From an uncultured Gemmatimonas sp. (GTDB taxonomy: Bacteria; Gemmatimonadota; Gemmatimonadetes; Gemmatimonadales; GWC2-71-9), in NCBI GenBank assembly GCA_964398345.1, contig CAYNNS010000004.1, forward strand, positions 1-29,187: 29,187 nt of DNA, read 5' to 3'. The notes beneath the pieces are model-generated. The model saw only the letters and a program-made list of their open reading frames with translations. It was not told where the DNA came from and made no database searches. A program made the translations under genes and the position numbers. Positions 17,348-25,679 of this stretch are shown piece by piece; position 1 is the first letter of the stretch; every line of letters starts with the position of its first letter.

Positions 17348-18049
17348 ATGAAACGCGGTTTCGGTGTGCTGGTCGTCGCTGCTGTGCTCACCCTGGTTCA
17401 GGCTCGGCCCGCCGTGGCCCAGTCAGGCGACTTCGTGGCGGGCAGCCGCGACCTCTTCGTGATGGATCTGGCCTCCACGCCAACGGGCGAGCTTCCCCAG
17501 GTCTGCGGCCCCAAAGTCCCGCCTCCTTGCCTGGAAATGATGCGGGGCAATGTCACAACAGTGGACAAGGACGGATCGCACATGTTGCGGGCGGCTGACC
17601 CTGCGCAGGTCTGGATCAGGATTCCCCAGGTCATGCCGAACGATTTCACCATCGAGCTCGACTTGATCCCGAAGCCTCTGGGTATCGCGCCTTCCGATTT
17701 CGCGATCGAAGGTACCAGGGAGACCAATCGGGGTGATGCGTCCCTGATGCTGGAGTGGCAGACGCAAGCCATCATGGTCGTTGGCGGCGCGCAGGGCGCG
17801 TCGTTCCAGCGGCCGCAGCCCGAGGACCTCAAGGCTACCACGCCATCGGAGCTTACGGAAATCCGCATCAGCTACAACGACGGGGCGCTCAAGATGTACG
17901 TCAACGGGCAGCGCCTGGTGAACCTGCCCAAGCTCGCCTTCGCCCGCAACCGTGGCCTTCGGCTCGAACTGGGTGGCGCCGATGACGACAAGGCGGCCGT
18001 GTATCTGGCGAAGTTCCGGCTCGCGACCAACAGCCCGAAGCCGCAATGA
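17348..18049 (+). CDS. Exported protein, stand-alone 'domain A' (ConA/LamG-like beta-sandwich, inferred)
   Basis: Signal peptide MKRGFGVLVVAAVLTLVQARPAVA|Q from ATG 17348 with upstream TGAGGA. Shares VDKDG.HMLRA, P..FT.E and D.K.AVYL motifs with the genes at 18046 and 21745. Confidence 0.75.
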   Translation: MKRGFGVLVVAAVLTLVQARPAVAQSGDFVAGSRDLFVMDLASTPTGELPQVCGPKVPPPCLEMMRGNVTTVDKDGSHMLRAADPAQVWIRIPQVMPNDFTIELDLIPKPLGIAPSDFAIEGTRETNRGDASLMLEWQTQAIMVVGGAQGASFQRPQPEDLKATTPSELTEIRISYNDGALKMYVNGQRLVNLPKLAFARNRGLRLELGGADDDKAAVYLAKFRLATNSPKPQ

Positions 18050-19896
18050 GCCGAGATGGGTCGCGGGGCGTGGGGGTCGCGGCGGCGCTACTGCTGGCGA
18101 GTGGTGTCACAGCGGCGTCCGCGCAGCAGTCGGTCAGCGGTGGTGCGCGTCAGATCATGGCGCTCGACTTCACGGCGATGCCGATCGGGGATTTTCCGAA
18201 GCGCAAGGATTTGAGCACGAACAGCAGTCTGGAAATCGTGGACAAGGACGGCGTCCACATGCTCAGAGCCGGGTTTCGGTCCGAGTTCGTGATCAACCTG
18301 CCGGAGAATCTGCCGGACCTGTTCACCCTGGAGTTCGAGGTGATTTCGCAGGAATGCTGCGGCTCCGATGACCTTGGGTTCGAGACCACCAAGAACGACC
18401 CCACCCAGAGCTCGGCGAAGGTCACGTGGTCGCCCGCGTTACAGGCAGTGAGTGGAGGAGGAGGTAACCCTAACCCATTCACGGCTACCACCAAGCTCAC
18501 GGGTGGGCAATTGGCGCATGTCCTCGCGAGCGTCGAGGGCACCACCATCAAGATGTATACCGACAATGATCGACTCTATACCGCGACGGGGTATCGCCTG
18601 GCGAGGGGCCAGGTATTGCGGGTGTCACTTAACGGGACTGATGAGAAGAAGGGAGCGGTCTATCTCGCGCGGGTTAGGGTAGCGGAAGGCGCCGCGACCG
18701 TGACCCAGATCGCTGCCACCGGCAACGGGTCGGGCGCTGGTAGTGGCACCACTGCCGGTAGTGCGGCAACCGGGGCGGGTAGCGGTTCTGCCAGCGGGGG
18801 AGGATCGACTCCCACCGGATCAGGTTCCAGCGGCGGCACCCAGCAGAATGCAGCGACGGAACCGGCAGCCGGAACGGCCGCGGTGGTTCACGGCGTGAAG
18901 GCGACGGTCGGTAGCCTGATGTCCCCTGAAGCCACGGTGAGCTGGCAGTCGGTGCAGGGTGCGACAACCTATTTCGTGATGCGGTGGAAAGATGGAAGCA
19001 CCTGCTGCGTTGAGTCTTCGTCACCGCTGGGAACGTCGAGCCTCAGTTGGCAGGACGGAGGATTGAGCCAGCCGGGGATCTACAGGTACCGCGTCTATGC
19101 GCACACGCCGTCCCTGATCTATACCGGAGAAACGACGGTCCAGTACCCCGCGTCGCTAGAGGCCGTGGCCTTGCTCAACCTCCAGCCTCATGCCCCGCTG
19201 GGAATCCTCCTGGCATGGGGACCGGTCGCGAATGCGACGACCTATCGCGTGTACCGGCAGGCCGACGCCACTCAATCCGGAGTGGTCCTTGGCACGGTGC
19301 CCGCCACATCGGGCCCGACTTCCCCATTTCTGGGCGGCCTGCCGGGAGCGGTCGATGCGGAAGTTACGAATGATGCCGGCAAGTACCAGTACTGGGTACA
19401 GGCAGGCTTCGCGAACGGTAGCAGCAGTGAGCCGGGGCCGGTAACGAGAGTCACGGTGCAGGGCGGGAATAGTCCTCCGATTGGCACTTGGGGAGTCAGC
19501 CTTCCTATCGCGCCTGCGAATATCAAGGCAACGCCCGGTGGGACGACGACGATCACGGTCAATGGTCAACAGGTCCCTGGAAGCAAGGTCGTTGTGACGT
19601 GGGATCAGGATCTCGATACGTATCCGGTCTACTTGTATTTCACCACAGTTGAATCCGCCGGGTCGTCTTCCGGTTTCGGAACCGCTTGGGTCCCGTACAA
19701 ATCGGAGACCGTCAGCGTTCCGGGGACCCCGTTAATCCCGTACCTCAACCCGGCCAGCGCCGTCGGACCGCCGTACACCGTTGAGGTTCCGGCGGGAATG
19801 ATGATCAGGGTCTGCGTCTCGTATTTCCCCCTGACGCCGGACCAGCGCCAGCAGTACGGGAGCACCGCGTGTGCCGGTGCCCAGATCCCCCAGTGA
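18046..19896 (+). CDS. Exported modular protein: domain A + G/S/T linker + Fn3-like modules
   Basis: Signal peptide ...ASA|Q; domain A with ECC; low-complexity GSGAGSGTT linker; Fn3-like VSWQSVQGATTYFVMRW...YRYRVYA and LAWGPVANATTYRVYR. Confidence 0.78.
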   Translation: MSRDGSRGVGVAAALLLASGVTAASAQQSVSGGARQIMALDFTAMPIGDFPKRKDLSTNSSLEIVDKDGVHMLRAGFRSEFVINLPENLPDLFTLEFEVISQECCGSDDLGFETTKNDPTQSSAKVTWSPALQAVSGGGGNPNPFTATTKLTGGQLAHVLASVEGTTIKMYTDNDRLYTATGYRLARGQVLRVSLNGTDEKKGAVYLARVRVAEGAATVTQIAATGNGSGAGSGTTAGSAATGAGSGSASGGGSTPTGSGSSGGTQQNAATEPAAGTAAVVHGVKATVGSLMSPEATVSWQSVQGATTYFVMRWKDGSTCCVESSSPLGTSSLSWQDGGLSQPGIYRYRVYAHTPSLIYTGETTVQYPASLEAVALLNLQPHAPLGILLAWGPVANATTYRVYRQADATQSGVVLGTVPATSGPTSPFLGGLPGAVDAEVTNDAGKYQYWVQAGFANGSSSEPGPVTRVTVQGGNSPPIGTWGVSLPIAPANIKATPGGTTTITVNGQQVPGSKVVVTWDQDLDTYPVYLYFTTVESAGSSSGFGTAWVPYKSETVSVPGTPLIPYLNPASAVGPPYTVEVPAGMMIRVCVSYFPLTPDQRQQYGSTACAGAQIPQ

Positions 19897-19909
19897 GGAG
19901 GCATCGCGC

Positions 19910-21748
19910 GTGAGCGGAATCAAGACGCCACTCGTGTTAGGGGCGCTGGCAGCGGTGGGTGTAGCGCTGCATCCGGTTGCGGCACAGCTGACGACGACAC
20001 CAACCCTGTCGGGGTTGGTGGCGCGGGTTACTTCCGCCGGGGCCGGATCAGTCAGTTGGTCGGCCTTTCAGGGCGCGACCTCCTATCTCGTCGTGCGCTG
20101 GAATACTGCCGACCCGTCCTGTTGCAAAGCGCTCTCTCCCCCGAGCCTCGGCGCCACGACGCTGAGTTGGCAAGACGGCACGCTGCCGCTGGCGGGGACC
20201 TATGCGTACCGAGTCTACGCGACCACGCCGACGGGGACGTACGCGGGCGAAGTCAAACTGGTCTACAACTCGGGGGTTGCATCGAACTCCGATCCGAACC
20301 TGCGATCGAGCGTGACGGCGGCGGGAGGGTCGGGCGGTGGGACGGCACTCTCCAGCGGCCCCACCTCGACGCTCTCTCGCCCCTCCGGTAGCGCGGAGCC
20401 CATGAACACCGGTCCCGCACCCAGCGGTCTCCAGATCACCGGTGGGGTCACGACCGCGAGCCTGCAATGGGATCCCGTCGCAGGAGCCACGGGATATCGG
20501 GTGGCGCGCGCACTCGCGGGGACGACGGGTTGGATGCCGCTGACGCCTAGCGCCATCACGGCGACCAGCTATTCGAGTGATCCGCTGCCGGATCCACGGG
20601 CCACCTATACCTATCAGGTGACTGCGGTCCAGGCCGACGGGCACTACGGTGTCGCCACCAGGAACTATGCGCCGCCTCCACCCTCTGACCCAACGGAGTT
20701 CAGCGCTGCGCAAACCGCAGAACACGAGGTGGAACTGAGCTGGAGGGATACCCCGGGCGTCACGAAATACTTGATCAGTGGACCTGGTGCCCCGGGTACA
20801 CCCGTGTCGAGCAATGCGATGACCCTGGGCATCATCGGGGTCTCCGGGAAGTCATCCTACAAGCTTGCCGGCGTAGCAAACGGAGTGCAGAGCTGGACGA
20901 TTGCGTCTGCCTACGCGCCTGGCGGAGTCCTGACCACAGCGGACAAGTGGCCGAAGGCGACACTGACGGTCGGCTCTCTCTCGGGCAAGTATCGGGTGAC
21001 GATCATCGGATTCGACGTGAATGCCCAAACCGTGGGCGATCCGTTCACGGACGGACTCGGTGACGAGGTCTACCTCGTCGCGCACGTCTCGACGTTCAAC
21101 CTGTCGACCGGCGCGGTGGGAGTCCAAGGAGTTATCCGCAGCTTCCTCTTTGGGGATGTCACGAATCTGCCGGGACGCGTGAAGGCCGGTACGTTGAGTC
21201 AAAATGGTGGACTCAAGAGCGGCGATGCCTATCCGCTCTCGGGCGGCGGCACCATGCCGCCCGTCACGCCGGAGGCGAATACCGTGCCGATGCTGCTCTG
21301 GGAGGGCCAACTGACCAACGACGTCGATCTGTTGCTGATCGCCCCGTCAGTCTGGGAGAGCGATGGCAATGATGCAGCATTGTCGGATTGGAGTCACTGG
21401 ATCGAGACGGGGGCTCATCCCCTGAATTACCAGCCGCTGCAGAACGAGATCACAGCGACCGGGATTACTCCGATCCGGCACTCGGATGCTTCCTACGTCG
21501 GCACGCTAAGGGGCCCTGGCGTCGATCACCCCATTGGAATCGTGACGGTGAGCAGCACGACCTCGACCACCTATGCCCAGATGTATCTCGCGCTGACGCG
21601 GCGTAAGATCGAAGCTGCGCTCTCCCCGAGCTCGACGGTTGGAGGCCTCGCTCCCGGTGTCCTCGCAGTTCCCCTCAAGGATCTTTATTCCGCTGAGGGA
21701 TTTGGCGGGGCCTACACCGTCTATCTGCGCGTGGAGCGATTGCCATGA
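19910..21748 (+). CDS. Exported modular protein: Fn3-like modules + unknown C-terminal beta domain
   Basis: SD GAGGAG (19895-19900) and GTG 19910; signal peptide ...HPVAA|Q; Fn3-like VSWSAFQGATSYLVVRW and LQWDPVAGATGYRV...YTYQVTAV; C-terminal ~250 aa domain starting GKYRVTIIGF. Confidence 0.78.
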   Translation: MSGIKTPLVLGALAAVGVALHPVAAQLTTTPTLSGLVARVTSAGAGSVSWSAFQGATSYLVVRWNTADPSCCKALSPPSLGATTLSWQDGTLPLAGTYAYRVYATTPTGTYAGEVKLVYNSGVASNSDPNLRSSVTAAGGSGGGTALSSGPTSTLSRPSGSAEPMNTGPAPSGLQITGGVTTASLQWDPVAGATGYRVARALAGTTGWMPLTPSAITATSYSSDPLPDPRATYTYQVTAVQADGHYGVATRNYAPPPPSDPTEFSAAQTAEHEVELSWRDTPGVTKYLISGPGAPGTPVSSNAMTLGIIGVSGKSSYKLAGVANGVQSWTIASAYAPGGVLTTADKWPKATLTVGSLSGKYRVTIIGFDVNAQTVGDPFTDGLGDEVYLVAHVSTFNLSTGAVGVQGVIRSFLFGDVTNLPGRVKAGTLSQNGGLKSGDAYPLSGGGTMPPVTPEANTVPMLLWEGQLTNDVDLLLIAPSVWESDGNDAALSDWSHWIETGAHPLNYQPLQNEITATGITPIRHSDASYVGTLRGPGVDHPIGIVTVSSTTSTTYAQMYLALTRRKIEAALSPSSTVGGLAPGVLAVPLKDLYSAEGFGGAYTVYLRVERLP

Positions 21749-23817
21749 CGAGACTCTTGGGTGTCTGCGGTATTGCCGCGCTGCTGGCTCAGTCCGTGAT
21801 TGCACAGGGAACCGGGACCACCCGCGATATCGCGGTGCTGAATTTTGCCGCGATGCCGAATACCCCGCTGCCCCCGTCTAACGGGAACCTGGAAGTGGTG
21901 AATCGGAACGGGAGCCGGGTACTGAAGTCCTACGGGACCCCCGCTTCGTTCCAGGTTACCCTCCCGGAGCAATTGCCCGAGAACTTCACGCTCGAATTCG
22001 ATCTCATACCCAAGGAGTGCTGTAGCGCTGAGGACCTTGCCTTTGAGGGTACCCTAACCTCGGACGCCACCTTCGCTCGGGTGAGCTGGGGCCGAGAGCA
22101 GCAAGTCGTCTACGGCGGTGGGAGCCCGTTCACGGCCACCATTCCCGGCGCGATGCGCGCGGCGTTGCCGGGCCAGCTCACCCACATCATGGTCACATTC
22201 GAGGGTAGTCTACTCAAGCTGTACACCAACGGTGAGCGGATCTACACGGTGACCGATCGCCGCTTTCCGCGGGGCAATGTGCTGCGCGTGTCGCTCAGTG
22301 GAGACGATGAGGACAAGGGGGCGGTCTACCTAACGCGGCTCCGCGTCGCCGAGGGGATCGGAACGCCGGGGGTCGCGGCGGTCATGGCCACGAGTACCGG
22401 CACTGGCATGCTCTCCGCGCCCGCAACGGCCTCGAGCTCGCAAGGAATGACGGGCGCCAGCACCGGAGTGACAGGTCTCAGTGTCACGCTCGATGCTCAG
22501 GGGAAGCCGGTCCTCAAGTGGGACGCTGTTCCGGATGCGACGAGCTACGCGGTCATGCGCTGGAATGTGAGTGACTTCTCGTGCTGCAATAACAACTCGC
22601 CCCCAGGCGCCACGAATACAGCAAGTTGGCAAGACGTCGCGTTTCCCAAGGATGGTACGTACGCCTATCGAGTGTATGCGACAACCGCGACAGGCATCGT
22701 CACAGGGGAAACCAGGACCGTTTATGGGAGCGGCGTCCTCAGGGCCGTTGGGGGGATTGGCGCGGCAGGCACCGGCACCATTCAAAGTGTGGCACCTACC
22801 TCGGTGACCGGAGTGACCGCGACGCAAACAGGCACGGGGATGCTGAGCGCCCCAGCTCCGGCACCACCCCCAAGCCCCGCGGGAGCACCGATTGTTGGAA
22901 CGTCCGGGATTGCCAATCGCACGGTCACAACGAGCTCCACGAGCACAGCAAGCTGTGCGGCGATTACGAATTTCAAGGTCGCCGCAAATGGTGCAACTGC
23001 GGCACACCTTAGCTGGGATCCTCTGAGCAGCAGCTGCCACTGGCTCGCTTCGCGCACCGGAGATTGGCTGTCCTGGTATGCCCTGCTGCGTTGGCCGACT
23101 GGGGACCCGACCGGATGCCCAACCAATTACGACGAGCTCAGTGGCTTCACGCTGGTGCAACCGCCTCTGGCGAAGTCTTCGCGGTTTCCGGCGTGCGGGT
23201 TATTTGCCATTTCGGCGTGGCCCCACGCGGTATCGGCGGATCAAGTCACCACGTGGGATGACAAGTATGGGCTTGAGGGGGGACCATACACCTATAGGTT
23301 GTGGCCAGTTCTCGAGGTCAGTTGCGAGCGTAACATCACCACCTGTTCTTGGGGCTCCATGGATCGTGCCTTTCCCTGGTCGCAGGCTTCGGTCACGCTC
23401 CCGCTCTCAAATGTTGCGACTCGACCGACTGGCGGCCCGATACCACCTCCCCCTGTGCTCCAGGCTCCGGCTCACTTGTACCTTCTGAGGAGCACCAGCC
23501 GCGTGCGTCTTCATTGGTCGGCAGTTGAGGGCGCGGCGTTCTATCGGATCACCCGCGTACGAAACACAGGCGACCCGGAGACCATTATTGATGAGGAGCC
23601 CGTAGCTGCGTTCTACGATCCCTACGGAAGCTCCGCGTGCCACGGGAACGAAGACGATTGGGTCCTATGGTCCCCTGATCTTATCTGCCAATACTTCGAT
23701 TACGACGTCACCGTCGGCACGCTCTACTCCTATCGGGTGTGGGCACTATCTGCCCCGGGCGTACTCTCTCCGCCGAGCCCGGTAGCGAGCGTGACCTTCA
23801 CCGGCAAGTACCCGTAG
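21745..23817 (+). CDS. Exported modular protein: domain A + Fn3-like modules + S/T/G/P linkers
   Basis: Signal peptide ...QSVIA|Q; domain A with ECC; module LKWDAVPDATSYAVMRW; terminal Fn3-like LHWSAVEGAAFYRI...YSYRVWA...SPPS. Confidence 0.78.
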   Translation: MTRLLGVCGIAALLAQSVIAQGTGTTRDIAVLNFAAMPNTPLPPSNGNLEVVNRNGSRVLKSYGTPASFQVTLPEQLPENFTLEFDLIPKECCSAEDLAFEGTLTSDATFARVSWGREQQVVYGGGSPFTATIPGAMRAALPGQLTHIMVTFEGSLLKLYTNGERIYTVTDRRFPRGNVLRVSLSGDDEDKGAVYLTRLRVAEGIGTPGVAAVMATSTGTGMLSAPATASSSQGMTGASTGVTGLSVTLDAQGKPVLKWDAVPDATSYAVMRWNVSDFSCCNNNSPPGATNTASWQDVAFPKDGTYAYRVYATTATGIVTGETRTVYGSGVLRAVGGIGAAGTGTIQSVAPTSVTGVTATQTGTGMLSAPAPAPPPSPAGAPIVGTSGIANRTVTTSSTSTASCAAITNFKVAANGATAAHLSWDPLSSSCHWLASRTGDWLSWYALLRWPTGDPTGCPTNYDELSGFTLVQPPLAKSSRFPACGLFAISAWPHAVSADQVTTWDDKYGLEGGPYTYRLWPVLEVSCERNITTCSWGSMDRAFPWSQASVTLPLSNVATRPTGGPIPPPPVLQAPAHLYLLRSTSRVRLHWSAVEGAAFYRITRVRNTGDPETIIDEEPVAAFYDPYGSSACHGNEDDWVLWSPDLICQYFDYDVTVGTLYSYRVWALSAPGVLSPPSPVASVTFTGKYP

Positions 23818-23886
23818 TACACGCCCTGCGTGGATCATCCGCGGGGAAGTGCTCACCATGAGACCCTCGACCTGGACGTCACAGCG

Positions 23887-24768
23887 ATGACTTCTCTGTC
23901 TGCAGTCCGACCCTTCCGAGCCGCAACACTCTTTGTGGCCCTCGGTCTTCTTGCCCAACCCGCCCACGCGCAGCTTGGTGCGCTCAAGAAAAAGCTCGAC
24001 AAGGCCACCGGTAAAGACGCTACGCAGCAAGCAGTAGCGCCACCGGTCTTCGACAAGGTCACCCTCGAGATCACCCAGGAGCGGATCGAGAAGCTCACCG
24101 CCGCCAAACGCACTGTGCGCAAGTTCCTCGAGGGACCCACAGGTCCGGCGGCATACGAGAAGCAGATCAATGCCCTCGATACCCGGCAGGCCGCGATCTA
24201 CGAGAAGCAGGTCGCCAACATCAATGCCTGGGATCAGAAGCGCCGTGACTACGAGAGCTGCGTCGATTCCGTGCTACGGGTGCTCTCAGAGCAGAAGAGC
24301 GCCCAGTTCCAGGCCCAGATGCTCTCGGACCCCGCCACGCAACAGAAGCTGATGGAACTGAGCCAGGCGATGATGGCGGCGCAGCAGAAGGGGGATACCG
24401 CCGCGATGCGAAAACTCGTGAAGGAACTGGAGCGTCTGAAGACCCCGCAAAAGGCCGACACCGCCGAGGCCGCGAAGCATTGCGCCTATCCGACCCCCCC
24501 GCAATTAGTGAAGGAGTGGCTCGACCTGAAGCGCCAAATCGACTCCCTCAACCAGCTGAAGCAGGATGCCGAGACGCAGGCTGGAAAGACGGAGGACGGC
24601 CTCAGCGGCATGGATGCCCGGCAGCGCGCCATCTTCTGCGAGCGGATCAAGCAGTACGTCCAGGAGCTCAGGGAGAAGAAGCAGCACGTTGGCTTCAGCG
24701 ATGACGAGCTCAAGCGACTCGCGAACATGGAGCAGGCTATCAGAGACTTGGAAGAGCTCTGTCCGTGA
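23887..24768 (+). CDS. Exported alpha-helical/coiled-coil hypothetical protein
   Basis: Signal peptide MTSLSAVRPFRAATLFVALGLLAQPAHA|Q from ATG 23887 (alternative GTG 23830); Q/K/E/A-rich helical body; high-GC codon usage. Confidence 0.72.
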   Translation: MTSLSAVRPFRAATLFVALGLLAQPAHAQLGALKKKLDKATGKDATQQAVAPPVFDKVTLEITQERIEKLTAAKRTVRKFLEGPTGPAAYEKQINALDTRQAAIYEKQVANINAWDQKRRDYESCVDSVLRVLSEQKSAQFQAQMLSDPATQQKLMELSQAMMAAQQKGDTAAMRKLVKELERLKTPQKADTAEAAKHCAYPTPPQLVKEWLDLKRQIDSLNQLKQDAETQAGKTEDGLSGMDARQRAIFCERIKQYVQELREKKQHVGFSDDELKRLANMEQAIRDLEELCP

Positions 24769-25655
24769 AGCTGCTTCCCGCCACACTGCTCGCCACAGCG
24801 CTGCCGGCTTCCACGCTGTCGGTGTGGACCGGCACGCGCTGGCAGGAGTGGTGGCGCTCCGCGGAAGCGCCCACCGCCTGGACCGCGGCCGTGCCCGCGC
24901 TGACCGAAGGTCTTGAATGGCGGCGTGCCGGGAACGGCGTCGAATGGAGTGAGGTCAGGCTTTCGGGAGCCGGTGAGGCGTACCGGATCCGCGTGATCGT
25001 CGCGCGGATCGATCCGCGGCTGGTGCGGTTCCGCCTGGACACGGCCTTTCGCAAGCGCGGCACTCGAGCGGCCTGGACGATCGACCGCTCCCCGCGGGAT
25101 GCTCTCCTCGCTCTCAATGCCGGGCAATTCCCCTACAGTCTGCCCTGGGGTTGGACCGTGTTAGGGGGCAGGGAATTCATGCCGCCCCGCTCCGGTCCGC
25201 TGTCTGTGGCGGTGGTCTTCGACACGAGCGGCAGCGTGCGCTGGCTCAATCCCGATGCCCTGCGTGATCCCGGCAGGGCGCGAGGGGTGGTCGCGGCGTT
25301 TCAGTCCTACCCGAGGCTGCTGGAAGAGGGCAGCGTCCCGCTCCCGCTGCGCGGTGACGAAGCCGGGATCGACCTCGCCCACCGGGATGCGCGACTCGCG
25401 CTCGGTCAGACGGCCGACGGCAAGCTGCTCATCGCCCTGACCCGGTTCGACGGCGCGGGCGGCCTGCTCGACTTCGTCCCGTTCGGCCTCACCGTCCCCG
25501 AGATGGCGGCCCTCATGGGCGGACTCGGCGCGCGCAACGCCGTGCTGCTCGACGGCGGCATTTCCAGCCAGCTGCTCATCCGGAGCGGCCAGACCGTGCA
25601 CCGCTGGCACGGGCTGCGCTTCGTCCCACTCGGGCTCGTCGTGCTCCCCCGCTGA
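24765..25655 (+). CDS. Phosphodiester glycosidase (NAGPA-like) family protein
   Basis: Motifs LALNAGQF, HRDARLALGQTADGKLLI and T..EMA.LM..LGARNAVLLDGGISSQL (family LDGGGS motif). GTGA overlap with the upstream gene. Confidence 0.8.
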   Translation: MKLLPATLLATALPASTLSVWTGTRWQEWWRSAEAPTAWTAAVPALTEGLEWRRAGNGVEWSEVRLSGAGEAYRIRVIVARIDPRLVRFRLDTAFRKRGTRAAWTIDRSPRDALLALNAGQFPYSLPWGWTVLGGREFMPPRSGPLSVAVVFDTSGSVRWLNPDALRDPGRARGVVAAFQSYPRLLEEGSVPLPLRGDEAGIDLAHRDARLALGQTADGKLLIALTRFDGAGGLLDFVPFGLTVPEMAALMGGLGARNAVLLDGGISSQLLIRSGQTVHRWHGLRFVPLGLVVLPR

Positions 25656-25679
25656 GCTCACTTGAGGAGATCTCCATCC

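Noticed and set aside
18700-18860. Apparent tandem repeats in Gly/Ser/Thr linkers (also 20320-20400 and 22740-22950)
   Set aside because: These are low-complexity protein linkers with no regular DNA repeat unit or unique spacers; not CRISPR or VNTR.
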